A stretch of 63,890 nucleotides of DNA, filler included, from Octopus bimaculoides (lineage: Eukaryota): assembly GCF_001194135.2 (NCBI RefSeq). It is 6 parts of 6 records of this genome, joined end to end, with 100 filler letters (N's around TTAATTAATTAA, not from the genome) between each part and the next. Parts side by side here need not be neighbours in the genome. Positions count along the whole stretch, not along the records: positions 29,238 to 41,469 come from NC_069009.1; positions 41,570 to 54,085 come from NC_068983.1; 4 more parts are not named here. One strand, given 5' to 3'. How positions within the stretch are numbered: position 1 is the first letter of the stretch; each line of letters opens with the position of its first letter. Of the stretch, positions 37,713 to 49,746 are shown piece after piece. The notes below the pieces were generated by a model. That model saw nothing but the letters and a program-made list of their open reading frames with translations. It searched no databases and had not been told where the DNA came from. Made by a program: the position numbers and the translations under genes.

Positions 37713-38270
37713 GCTGTCCTTACCCTATGTACATAAAATGGCATGGAGAGGGGAGGCTGGTATGCCTGGCGGACTGTTGGTTGTCCACAAACAACCCTGC
37801 CCAGACTTGTGCTTCGGAGGGGAATGTTTTAGGTTCAATCCAATGGTTGTTCACGATCGGTGGGGATCTTTATCTTTTTATATATGTGCAAGTGTAATTA
37901 TGTTGTAAGAAGTTTTCTCAACGATGTGGTTGAGAAGCAAAATAATTCAGAGACAATATAAAAGATGTCACATCATAAAATGCTTACATCACTGGTCATA
38001 ATGAAAGAAATATGGGGTTCCAACCATTAAGAATTGGTTTCAGACGAACCAGAAGAAATTCAAGAAAATCAGACTGAGAAACTCTTAATTTTAAACTAAT
38101 GTCTTTGAGGCACGTAGCCTTTTGTTATGCAACCATAACATCTTATGAAGTAAAATAAATATTTTTAGGAGTCAACACCATGTTCTACTGTGTTAGCAGT
38201 GCTCTTTACATTATTTTGTTTCTGTAGAAATAACCTCAACTTAATTTTATAATCTGGACAGTGAGAGTTC

Positions 38271-38435
38271 TAGGCACAGGAGTGGCTGTGTGGTAAGTAG
38301 CTTGCTTACCAACCACATGGTTCCAGGTCCAGTCCCACTGTGTGGCACCTTGGGCAAGTGTCTTCTACTATAGCGTCGGGCCAACCAAAGACTTGTGAGT
38401 GGATTTGGTACACGGAAACTGAAAGAAGCCTGTCG

Positions 38436-38472
<37 letters not shown>

Positions 38473-38679
38473 TTGTGTGTCTGTGTTTGGCCCTGCACCA
38501 TCGCTTGACAACCAATGTTGATGCGTTTACATCCCCATAACTTAGCAGTCCAGCAAAAAAGGCCAATTAAATAAGTACTAGGCTTACAAAGAATAAGTCC
38601 TGTTCGACTAAAGGTGGTGCTCCAGCATGACCGCAGTCAAATGACTGAAACAAATGAAAGAATAAAGGAATAAAAGAAT
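38271..38679 (+). mobile_element. SINE family A, full length
   Basis: TAGGCACAGGAGTGGCTGTGTGGTAAGTAGC head through GAATAAAAGAAT tail. Confidence 0.95.
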
Positions 38680-38721
38680 GCAAAGCATTCAACTTTGATG
38701 GAGAATGGTACTGTGAGGAGG

Positions 38722-38985
38722 TGTTTGGTGGATGATATTCCTTGCCCAGGAGATCAATAGATCAATGATAAAGAAAATGGGAAAACTGTAAAATATGTAG
38801 ACTTCAGAATACATTTCGAGAGAATGTGGAATATGAAATCAAGAATGGTACCAATTAGGATTAGCAGACTTGAGTCAGTGATGAGGAACCTTCCAGAAAC
38901 TCTTTGACACAATTGGAATTTGTCTCAGTATTATGACATCGCAAAAGGCAACACTTTTGTTAACAGCAAATATCCTGTGGAAAGG
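38722..38985 (+). mobile_element. R4/Dong-like RLE C-terminal fragment, decayed
   Basis: CLVDDIPCPGDQ*INDKENGKTVKYVDF..ERMWNMK..VPI..QKATLLLTANILWK with stops and a frameshift. Confidence 0.72.
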
Positions 38986-39216
38986 ACAGTCAATCTGGGG
39001 TTACACGATTTATTAGGGAGTCAGTTAAATTATCTAGTGATGGGGATACAAAGACACACACAAATAATATATATATATATATATATATAATAATTTTTTC
39101 CCCAGAGGATGTAGCANNNNNNNNNNNNNNNNNNNNNNNNNNNNNNNNNNNNNNNNNNNNNNNNNNNNNNNNNNNNNNNNNNNNNNNNNNNNNNNNNNNN
39201 NNNNNNNNNNNNNNNN

Positions 39217-39254
<38 letters not shown>

Positions 39255-39388
39255 CCACATAATGTATATATAAATTGAGGGCGATCACCCAATAAACAAA
39301 AACCAATTACATTTTCATTCTTCAGTTTTTCATAGTCAGGCAGCAACAACAAAACAATAACAGCAAAAACAACAATATTTCTATTACT

Positions 39389-39423
<35 letters not shown>

Positions 39424-39475
39424 ACTGCAATGTCCTCTCCTCATTCACCCTTGTGGCAAATACTTATTATCATCA

Positions 39476-39507
<32 letters not shown>

Positions 39508-39704
39508 GTTATTATTATTTTTACATGATGTTTTTTTTTTTGCAAGAATTTATGATTTGCACCCAAGTCTCAACTAGAGATATCAAGGAATTATTATTAT
39601 TATTATTATTATCATCATCATAATTATATCATTATTATTGTTTTATTGTTGTTGTTATTTTATTGATTATTCCCATTATTGCTGTTTCTGTTATTGTTGT
39701 TGTT

Positions 39705-39737
<33 letters not shown>

Positions 39738-39761
39738 TTTATTACAATTATCATTATCATC

Positions 39762-39972
39762 AAGGCGGTAAGCTAGCAGAATCATTAGCACACGGGGCAC
39801 TTAACAGCATTTCGCCTGTCACCTACATTCTGGGTTCAAACCCCACCGAGGTCGATTTTGCCTTTTTATCCTTTCGGGGTTAATAAATTAAATACCAGTC
39901 AAATGCTGGGGTCAATGTGATCAACTTATCCCCTCCCCCAATATTTTAGGCCTTGAGCCTGCACTAGAAAGG

Positions 39973-40004
<32 letters not shown>

Positions 40005-40456
40005 GGCGGAGAGCTGGCAGAATCGTTAGCACGCCGGGTGAAATGCTTAGTGGTATTTCATTTACCGTTAGGTTTTAAGTTCGAATTCTGCCTTTCATCC
40101 TTTCGAGGTTGATAAAATTAGTACCAGTTATGAACTGGGGTCGATGGAATTGACTTAATCCCTTCCCCAAAAATTTGAGGCCTTGTGCTTCCAGCAGAAA
40201 CAATTATTATTATTATTATCATTATTATTATTATTATTATTAAGGCAGTGATCTGGCAAAACCGTCAGCATGCCAGGCGCAATGCTTAGTGGTATTTTAT
40301 TCATCCTTACGTTCTGAGTTCAAATTCTGCTGAGGTCGGCTTTTGCCTTTTATCCTTTTGGGGTCGATAAATTAAGTACCAGTGAAACACTGAGGTCGAT
40401 GTAATCAACTAGCCCCCTCGCCACAAATTTCAGGCCTTGCACCTATAGTAGAAAGG
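39762..40456 (+). mobile_element. Three tandem SINE family B copies (39762-39972, 40003-40201, 40242-40456) separated by (ATT)n
   Basis: Each starts AAGGC(G/A)G..CT(A/G)GCA and is followed by an (ATT)n run; copies are mutually diverged. Confidence 0.93.
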
Positions 40457-40470
40457 ATTATTATTATAAC

Positions 40471-40519
<49 letters not shown>

Positions 40520-40520
<1 letters not shown>

Positions 40521-40873
40521 CTTCGTAACACAGTGTAAGTAAAAATGCACCGGAGTCTTTAGTCATCTGTCAAGTCACAACAAGGACCTCAGACAGATAA
40601 CACTTTCCTTAAGATGTGCACTGTGACCAATAATGCTGCGTTTTGCAAGACACCAATCTTGCATCGGGTTTCCAGTTGCCTTAAGAAATCTTGAAGCTTC
40701 AATGGGATTGAGCCCAATGCTCCGATCACCACTGGTATCAATTTTACATTACCCTCTCGCATTCAATACAGTCTTGCCATTTCCACTTTCATTTCGGAGT
40801 ACTTGGTGATTTTTTCAACCTCTTTACTCACAACATTCATGTTATTTGATATGGCTACATCACTGATCTGACA
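40520..40873 (-). mobile_element. R4/Dong-like 3' terminus (RLE C-terminus + short 3' UTR), 5'-truncated
   Basis: CQISDVAIS..KEVEKITKYSEM..LIPVVIGALGSIP..LQNAALLVTVHILRKVLSV*; (TAA)n on both sides in element orientation. Confidence 0.87.
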
Positions 40874-40907
40874 GTATTATTGTTATTATTATTATTATTA
40901 TTATTAC

Positions 40908-41360
40908 TGAACCAAATTTTCGATGACTGGCACCCGTGCCAGTGGAGCGCTAACAGCACCATCCAAGCAGGATCACTGGCAGAGCAGCTATTTGTCTTCT
41001 GTGCCAGTGGCATGTAAAAAGCACCATTTGAGCGTGATCATTACCAGCGTCGCCTTACTGGCACGTGAACAAAACATTCGAGCGAGGTCATTTCCAGTGC
41101 CGCTGGACTGACTCCTGTGCAGGTGGCATGTAAAAAAACCACCATTTCAGCATGGCCGTTGCCAGTACCACCAGACAGGCCCTCATGCTGGTGGCACATA
41201 AAAGCACCCACTACATTCTCGGAGTGGTTGGCGTTAGGAAGAGCATCCAGATGTAGAAACTCTGTCAAATCAGATTGGAACCTAGTGCAGCCATCTGGTT
41301 TCACCAGTCCTCAGTCAAATCGTCCAACCCATGCTAGCATGGAAAGCGGACGTTAAACGA
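40908..41360 (+). mobile_element. Interspersed repeat family G (SINE-like, (GAT)n tail)
   Basis: Internal GTGGCA(T/C)(G/A)TAAAA..CACC repeats; tail GGTTGGCGTTAGGAAGAGCATCCAG..GCGGACGTTAAACGATGATG. Confidence 0.82.
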
Positions 41361-41569
41361 TGATGATTATTATTATTATTATTGAGTGAGAGAGCAATGC
41401 ATGCCATCAAAGTGACACTGGGGCAAAATATACAAAGCCCATTATACCCATCATGACTACCCGTCTGATNNNNNNNNNNNNNNNNNNNNNNNNNNNNNNN
41501 NNNNNNNNNNNNNTTAATTAATTAANNNNNNNNNNNNNNNNNNNNNNNNNNNNNNNNNNNNNNNNNNNN

Positions 41570-42320
41570 ATATATGTTCTTCCCATAGGCGACTCCTAGT
41601 GTCATCCAACAACACCAGAGACCTTGGAGTAATTGTTGATAACAATCTAAGCTGGAGTTCCCACATAAACAGCAAGGTTGACTTGGCCCGCAAGATGTGC
41701 TCCTGGATTCTGAGAACGTTCCGGTCTAGAGATGCCCACACCATCATTCTTCTCTACTCTACTTTTGCCTGACCCCACCTTGAGTACTGTTTCTCACTGT
41801 GGTCTCCCCATACGAAGAAACTCATTACGAAAGTGGAAGCACTCCAGATAGACGGCATGACAAGCATTGACTATTGGGGTCGACTAAAATAAGTCAATCT
41901 CTACTCTCTCCAACGCCACCGGGAGCGCTACATCATTTGCGTGATGTGGAAAATATTTCATGAAAATTGCACAAATGATGTTGGCATCAACTTTAAAATC
42001 CACACAAGACTTGGCCCCCGTGCTATCCGCTCACTACAAAAATCGCACTCAGGACACAGAACAACATTACGTCACAACTACTTTACCTCAACCGGTCCAG
42101 CTCTCTTTAATACCATACCAAAATACATCAAAACGGAAACGGATCCCATAAAATTCAAAAGTTCACTGGACAAATTTCTTCAAAAACTCCCGGACCAACG
42201 TCCTACACCCGGATATGTCTCCAACAATAATAACTCTTTGCTAGATTGGACCCTGGTGCCCCATATATGACTAAAAGATTTCACCAGGTGCTATTAAGTT
42301 AGACATGGCTTGGGCCTATA
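41570..42320 (+). mobile_element. CR1-group LINE 3' fragment (RT C-terminus + 3' UTR), decayed
   Basis: RDLGVIVDNNLSWSSHI..WILRTFRSRD..PHLEYC..WSPH..LYSLQRHRERY..FKSSLDKFLQKLPDQ..NSLLDW; (CATA)n follows. Confidence 0.87.
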
Positions 42321-42340
42321 CATACATACATACATATATA

Positions 42341-42480
42341 TATTCTTTCTGTTGAAGAGCGTAGCTCGAAACGTTAAAGACTTTCTGTATTCCCGAGCGT
42401 TATATACTAATACATCCTTTTGTTGTTTACACCACCTGTCCTCGTCTGGTGTTGTTTTTTTTTTCGTAAATTCTCCCATA
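42341..42480 (+). mobile_element. Short Penelope-like element between (TA)n runs
   Basis: Bounded by TA repeats on both sides; aligns by eye with 19143-19265. Confidence 0.62.
42344..42380 (+). ncRNA. Minimal type-I hammerhead-ribozyme-like motif, variant core
   Basis: TCTTT-CTGTTGA-A-GAGC-GTA-GCTC-GAAAC-GTT-AAAGA: 5-bp stem I, 4-bp stem II, palindromic AACGTT stem III, GUU triplet. Confidence 0.62.
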
Positions 42481-42819
42481 TATATATATATATANNNNNN
42501 NNNNNNNNNNNNNNNNNNNNNNNNNNNNNNNNNNNNNNNNNNNNNNNNNNNNNNNNNNNNNNNNNNNNNNNNNNNNNNNNNNNNNNNNNNNNNNNNNNNN
42601 NNNNNNNNNNNNNNNNNNNNNNNNNNNNNNNNNNNNNNNNNNNNNNNNNNNNNNNNNNNNNNNNNNNNNNNNNNNNNNNNNNNNNNNNNNNNNNNNNNNN
42701 NNNNNNNNNNNNNNNNNNNNNNNNNNNNNNNNNNAGTATATCAGTATAATAAAGGTAAAACATGGTCTGGTTTTCACGTTTTTTATTATGGTATTTTAAC
42801 ATCAAAAAAAATATTTTGT

Positions 42820-42874
<55 letters not shown>

Positions 42875-42876
42875 GT

Positions 42877-42941
<65 letters not shown>

Positions 42942-43010
42942 GCATGCATGCATGCATGCATACATACATACATACATACATACATACATACATACATACA
43001 TACATACATA
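42820..43010. repeat. Compound tetranucleotide repeat (GACA)-(GATA)-(GCAT)-(ACAT)
   Basis: Direct reading. Confidence 0.97.
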
Positions 43011-45149
43011 CCAAGTATATTCAAAAATACTATGGAAGGTCAGATTGACATACCATTAAGCTTGCTACGGCACAGACGAATCTTGTAGCCAAGTTGGTTG
43101 AAAACTACAGACCCATTGCTTGCCTAAATATGTATAAACTGTACACAAGCTACTTCAACTAATTCCTGTAGGATCATTGTGAGTCCTACAACATAGTGAC
43201 TGATGAGCAGGCCGGTGGAAAGCAGGGAGTGTAGGGATGCGCCGAACAACTTCTGATAAACAAAGCTGTACTCTCTGAGGTAAGAAAGACATCGTAGGGT
43301 CCTTACAATGATATGGCATGGTTATAGGAAGACATTTGACATCTATTCTCCACTGATGACTGCTGAATTGTCTCCATTTGGCAAAAGTGCTGCTGCCTTA
43401 ATTGCTGCCAATGAAAGGCTCACAAAGACCAGGGTCATAATCTTCACATTTAGAATAGAGAGTGGAACGATCGTCTCCAATGCCATAAATATCTCAAAGG
43501 GAACATTCCAGAGAGATAGTCTCACTGCATTTCTGTTCATTTTGGCATGAAAAGTCATTATCATTCCTGCTACAAAAAATAAATGGCTATATGCTAAGGT
43601 CTGCAACTGCAAGCGATATTAATGTAACTCATAATTTCTTTGTGGATGGTCTCAAGATTTATGCTAAAAATGTTAACAATGCCAAAAAACAACTGGAATT
43701 GATAACAACATTTTCAGCTGACAAGAATGGAATTTGGCCAGGAGAAATATTATTTAATTGTTGAAAGGGGAAAATCAATCTCCCAGATACAAAATCTGTG
43801 CATCAATGGTCTCACTATCTCTCCTGTCTCACACAAAAAATGATACAAGTACCTTGGCATTGATGAAAATATATCATACCAAGGTACTGTGAATAAAGAT
43901 CGAGTGACCCAAGAATATTACACCAGACTAAGAAAAATATGGCAGTCCGAACTCCACTCTTACAAGACGATATCCCACAATGCATTTTCAGTATCAGCGC
44001 TGGTTCCAACATTTGGGATACTTCACTGGTTTGTAGAAGAAATCAACTCAGTAGACATTAAAACCCTCAAGATTCTAACATTAGCTGGAATTCTTCACAA
44101 AAATAGTGATATCGACAAGCTCTACCTAAGAGATAAAGGGGGTAGGGCCTTGAGATCAGTGCAGACAACCGTCGAATGTGGCATAATCTCTCTCAGACAG
44201 CATTTGCTAAACAGAAGCAGCAAAAAAATATATGTTAACTTAATGCAGAAAAGTGAAGAAAACAATAACCTACGTGTTAGAAGTGAGCTCCTCGGGAAGT
44301 ATTCTCTTCCTGATGACCTCCCATACAACCCCAAATCAGCTCGATTAGCATGCCTCAAGAAGACCTGGAAGTGAAACGTTCTACATACCAAAAAATGACC
44401 ATGCATGGGTATGTTTCTCGTATACTTGAAGAAGATAGTAACATTGACACAAAGCGACGCCTCTTTTGGACTCATGACCGATGCATCATATCCCGTTTCG
44501 AAGGTTATGCATTTGAAATCCAAGAACAGTAGATTGCTACTAAATACCTAGCCAGCAAAAGAGACTGAAGCCCTTGGAATTCCAAGATGCAACCGTAAAT
44601 GTAGATTATATCATATTTCTGTGGAAGACATCACACTTGTGATTAACAGCCGCCCGAAAATGTCATCACGATACTACCTCATGCGATATGACGTTGTCGC
44701 AAAAACAATATACAATGCCATTCGGAAAAAAAGACTGTCTTGGATTAAATATAGAGGATCTCCTTGTTACTGAATACGTAAACAAATACCAGCACAAGGA
44801 ATACTGGTAGAACATTCCCATCAAAACATCTGTCAAGTGTAAGCATAACAGGTCGGATATTTTTGTTTGGGACAGACAAGGAAAAGTATTTACCGTCATA
44901 GAGGTCCACTGCCCAACTAATTTGAATATTTCTTTGAAAATCAAAGTATGAACAACTGCTTCAAAACCTCCAGCTTCTATATCTGAATTACAATTTTACA
45001 TTTATTCCGATACTAATTGGAGCACTTGGTTTTGTAAGTAAATACCTAACTGTCAGTCTGGGTAAACTTCGATTTTCTGAAAAAGAAACCAACTGATTCG
45101 TACATTACAAATATAGTGGCAAGAAATCTTGAAATAAAACTGAACAATG
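43011..45149 (+). mobile_element. R4/Dong-like non-LTR retrotransposon, second family; RT + decayed knuckle + RLE + 3' end, many stops and frameshifts
   Basis: NYRPIACLN..EQAGGKQGV*GCAEQLLINKAV..KGTFQRDSL..HNFFVDGLKIYAK..YKYLGIDEN..MHGY..KHNRSDIFVWD..IEVHCP..PILIGALG; AATAAA at 45133-45138. Confidence 0.9.
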
Positions 45150-45228
45150 ACATACATACATACATACATACATGCATACATATATAGATACGTACGTACG
45201 TACATACATGTATATACATACACAAACA

Positions 45229-45264
<36 letters not shown>

Positions 45265-45275
45265 TACAGGGATTG

Positions 45276-45329
<54 letters not shown>

Positions 45330-45344
45330 NNNNNNNNNNGATTG

Positions 45345-45433
<89 letters not shown>

Positions 45434-46254
45434 TAGATAGATAGATAGATAAAGAGAGTTCTATTTTTAAGTAGGCACAGATCCTTGGATTTATTATAGG
45501 AAACGAAGTGATGAAACACAGAACAATGTGATACTTGACTGCGTATGATACTGTAAAGTATACCGTTTCCTGTTTCGATAGCTCTTGTATTAGCAATATA
45601 TTTGAGTGGAGTGAAATACATGTTTGATTGGCTGTGGTTGTTTACTCCCATGCCATTTCCACTGAAGAAGAGATACGATCAAAAGTGTTCCTATTGCATC
45701 CGTCACGTACACTTACTTTTTTCTTCCTTTTTCCCACCAGACAATCTTTCGAATCATTTTTGTGACTCCTTTTTGAAATAGTGTGCTTTAAAGGCGATTT
45801 CACTGCTACTTCTCGTAGAGGCTTTTTCCGTCTTGGGGCGTTTTTTTGTGATTGTAAATGATTTTCTTTAATCTCTAGCGTTCGGGTCAACTATTTTTCG
45901 GTGTTAACTGTGTAACCATTTTTCTCTATATAATTATATTTTCCAATGCCAATTAACGTACAATATTGAATATTCACTTGGCGGTTTTTAAATCTCAACT
46001 TCAGCAACTACAATGAAGACTACACTCCGTTAATAAGATTGTAATTATTTGTCGGCCATCGCCACCTTGAGTTTACGTTTGCTGATACTACCTGTCGGGT
46101 GGAAACTCCTGACAGAAGTGTCACCTTTTTTCTTCCTTCCGGTGAAAGAAGGCAAGATTTCGAGGCTTAAACTTAGATTGCAAAGAATAGGAAGATATCT
46201 CCCGCAAAGCATCTTGTCTAACCCTTAACAATTCCGCCATTCTACCGACTTGTG

Positions 46255-46401
46255 CCTTATTTATCGACCTCGAAAGGATAAAAAGCAAAGTTGATGTTGG
46301 CTGGATTTGAACTCAGACTTGAGGGAGTTGGAACAATTAATGCAAAGCATTCTACCTGACGCTTTAAAGACTGTCAAATGAAAACAATACTAGTCATTGG
46401 T

Positions 46402-46435
<34 letters not shown>

Positions 46436-46649
46436 CCGCTTAATTATTTTGAATTAGCATTTTAAATTCTGGCACAAGACCAGCAACTTCGGGCAAAGGA
46501 TTAAGTCAATTATATCGGCCCACAGTGTTTGACTGGTACTCATTTTATCGACCCCGAAAAGATGAAAGGCAAAGTCGACCTCGGCGGAATTCGAACTCAG
46601 AATGCAAAGACGGACGAAGTTCCGCTAAGCATGTTGTCCCATGTGCTAA
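46255..46649 (-). mobile_element. Two SINE family B copies (46255-46375, 46471-46649)
   Basis: Central GACCCCGAAA.GATGAAAGGCAAAGTCGACCTCGGCGGAAT block. Confidence 0.87.
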
Positions 46650-46680
46650 NNNNNNNNNNTATACACACACATATATATAT

Positions 46681-46854
46681 TCTTTTATTTGTTTCAGTCA
46701 TTTGAGTACGGCCATGCTGGAGCACCGCCTTTAGTCGAACAAATCGACCCCAGAACACTTGCCCACGGTGCCGCGTTGAGGACTGAACCCGGAACCATGT
46801 GGTTAGTAAGCAAGCTACTTACCACACAGCCACTCCTTGTGTGTGTGTGTGTGC

Positions 46855-46889
<35 letters not shown>

Positions 46890-47080
46890 GCCGCTTGGCA
46901 ACCGATGTTGGTTTCTTTGTGTACCCGTCATACAGCAGTTTGGCTAACAAGGACCCATAAAATAAGCAGCAAACTTAAAATATGTTCTTGGGGGTTGATT
47001 TGATCGAGTAAAACCTTTATAGAGGTGCCCCAGCATGGTCGCGATTCACTGAATGAATCAAATACAAGTATAAAAGAATA
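46681..47080. mobile_element. SINE family A pieces: internally deleted minus copy (46681-46840) and plus-strand 3' part (46888-47080)
   Basis: Both match segments of the family A consensus. Confidence 0.85.
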
Positions 47081-47199
47081 AAAAGAAAATGGTCCACTCC
47101 ACCAAAGTGACCTAGGGCTAAGCAACAACTATATACAACCTACATCATACACATACATAGAAATATCCTCACAAACATACACGCACGCAAGCAAGAATA

Positions 47200-47430
47200 T
47201 GAACCTGTACGTGGTCCTTCAGCCTGTTAAATTAGCAGCGAAATCTTCCGTAAATCACCCCTTTCTCATCCATCTGAGAAAAAGATGTATTGAATTAGTA
47301 AAAAAGCCTGGTCCTTTTTATTTCTCACACATAGGGAAAAGATCAGATAGTCACGGCTGGAACGCCTTTGATTATAGGTTTGCATGATCCTGTTTGCCTT
47401 GGGTTAAACAACAACAACAACAACAACAAC
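47200..47430 (+). mobile_element. Interspersed repeat family E ((AAC)n tail); related pieces at 52722-52830, 53487-53790 and 60646-60760
   Basis: Several pieces share a ..CATGC(T/A)AGAAATAGC.. head-side block and a ..AGGT(C/T)TG..GG.T(T)AA(A)CA(ACA)n tail. Confidence 0.72.
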
Positions 47431-47784
47431 AAAGCACATTCAGCACGTGATAAAAGGGGTAGGGTATTAGTAATGAAAAAGAAACAACAACAACAACAAC
47501 ATGTGAAAGCCAACAGCAGTGTAAGATCAGTTCCGGTTTCAACAACCAATCATTTGCCGATATCTGCTGAACAATAGAATTAATCGATACGCTGGCTGCT
47601 GCTGTCGGTGCCGCTGCTGCTACAGCTGCTGCTGCATCGTAATATCCTGTATAGAGACAGTGCTCATTAAATTATCGATCTGTGTGTGTATGTGTATGCG
47701 AATGTATGTTGTGTGTGAAGGGTGTAATTGTCGTATGAGCGACACCAATGTGTGAATTAATGTATCATGGAGTAAATATGTGTC

Positions 47785-47860
<76 letters not shown>

Positions 47861-48900
47861 NNNNNNNNNNNNNNNNNNNNNNNNNNNNNNNNNNNNNNNN
47901 NNNNNNNNNNNNNNNNNNNNNNNNNNNNNNNNNNNNNNNNNNNNNNNNNNNNNNNNNNNNNNNNNNNNNNNNNNNNNNNNNNNNNNNNNNNNNNNNNNNN
48001 NNNNNNNNNNNNNNNNNNNNNNNNNNNNNNNNNNNNNNNNNNNNNNNNNNNNNNNNNNNNNNNNNNNNNNNNNNNNNNNNNNNNNNNNNNNNNNNNNNNN
48101 NNNNNNNNNNNNNNNNNNNNNNNNNNNNNNNNNNNNNNNNNNNNNNNNNNNNNNNNNNNNNNNNNNNNNNNNNNNNNNNNNNNNNNNNNNNNNNNNNNNN
48201 NNNNNNNNNNNNNNNNNNNNNNNNNNNNNNNNNNNNNNNNNNGTGTACTTCTGCACGTGGCTGAGTGTAGTTGCATACATGTGTGCATATGCGCGCACGT
48301 GCGCATGTGTGTGTGTGTATACGTGCTTGTGTGTGTGTATGAGTGTGCGTGTATGTGTGTGTGTGTGTTTGTGCGTGTAGGTATGATTGTATGTGTGACT
48401 AAAAGTCGGTGCGTTTGTATGCGTGGCTGAGTTCACCTATATTTGCGTTGGCGGAGTGCAGGTGGCTTTTGCGCGTGGCTGAGTGTTGGTTAGTGGGTGC
48501 TCGGTTAGTGCAGGTATGTTTACGAGCATAGCTGAGTGGAAGTAGGTTTGTGTGTGTGTGTGTACATGTGGGGAGGGAGAGAGGTGAGGCTAGGTGTCTG
48601 TGTATGGCTAAACGTAGGTGTGTTTATGTAGCTGTGCGTAAGTGCATTTGCGTGGGTATGTCTCTGCGTTGATGAGTGTGGTTATGTGTGTTTAAGTGCA
48701 TATGTAGCCGAGTTTATGTATGCGTGAGTATGAGTGTATGAATGTAGGTATGTGTATGTACGCGCACGTAGCTGAGAGTGTGTGGAGAGTTTGTGTGCAC
48801 AGCAGAGTGCAGATTGTTTTTGTGTGGTTGAGTATAGCTGTGTGCCTGTATGCGTAGCTGAGTAGAGCTATGTTTGTGAGCGTAGATGAATTTTTATGTC

Positions 48901-49134
48901 GTGGCACTCCGTCGGTTACGACGAGGGTTCCAGCTGACCTGATTAACGGAACAGCCTGCTCGCGAAATTAACGTGCAGGTGGCTGAGCACTCCACAGACA
49001 CGTGTACCCTTAACATAGTTCTCGGGGAGAATCAGCGTGACACAGTGTGTGACAAGGCTGGTCCCTTTGAAATACAGATACAATAGAAACAGGAACAAAG
49101 AGTGAGAGAAAGTTGTGGTGAAAGAGTACAGTAG
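48901..49134 (-). mobile_element. SINE family D, 3' part
   Basis: GTGGCACTCCGTCGGTTACGACG terminus and conserved central block. Confidence 0.88.
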
Positions 49135-49622
49135 NNNNNNNNNNNNNNNNNNNNNNNNNNNNNNNNNNNNNNNNNNNNNNNNNNNNNNNNNNNNNNNNNN
49201 NNNNNNNNNNNNNNNNNNNNNNNNNNNNNNNNNNNNNNNNNNNNNNNNNNNNNNNNNNNNNNNNNNNNNNNNNNNNNNNNNNNNNNNNNNNNNNNNNNNN
49301 NNNNNNNNNNNNNNNNNNNNNNNNNNNNNNNNNNNNNNNNNNNNNNNNNNNNNNNNNNNNNNNNNNNNNNNNNNNNNNNNNNNNNNNNNNNNNNNNNNNN
49401 NNNNNNNNNNNNNNNNNNNNNNNNNNNNNNNNNNNNNNNNNNNNNNNNNNNNNNNNNNNNNNNNNNNNNNNNNNNNNNNNNNNNNNNNNNNNNNNNNNNN
49501 NNNNNNNNNNNNNNNNNNNNNNNNNNNNNNNNNNNNNNNNNNNNNNNNNNNNNNNNNNNNNNNNNNNNNNNNNNNNNNNNNNNNNNNNNNNNNNNNNNNN
49601 NNNNNNNNNNNNNNNNNNNNNN

Positions 49623-49655
<33 letters not shown>

Positions 49656-49746
49656 GTGTTTATGTACAATATGAGTAAAATATGTGTGTATTTGTACGTG
49701 CTATATGGCGAGTTTATGTATTTATGTCATGAGAGTGAATGTGTAT

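Noticed and set aside
45260-45430. Duplicated GATTGTATATT-(TA)n-(GA)n block
   Set aside because: The copies sit on either side of a 10-N gap; typical unmerged contig overlap.
45717-45890. Lys-rich minus-strand frame ending at a GTAAGT donor; strong plus-strand acceptor at 45740
   Set aside because: The minus-strand acceptor lacks a pyrimidine tract and the Lys richness is the antisense of a T-rich tract; all three plus-strand frames hit stops within about 45 nt.
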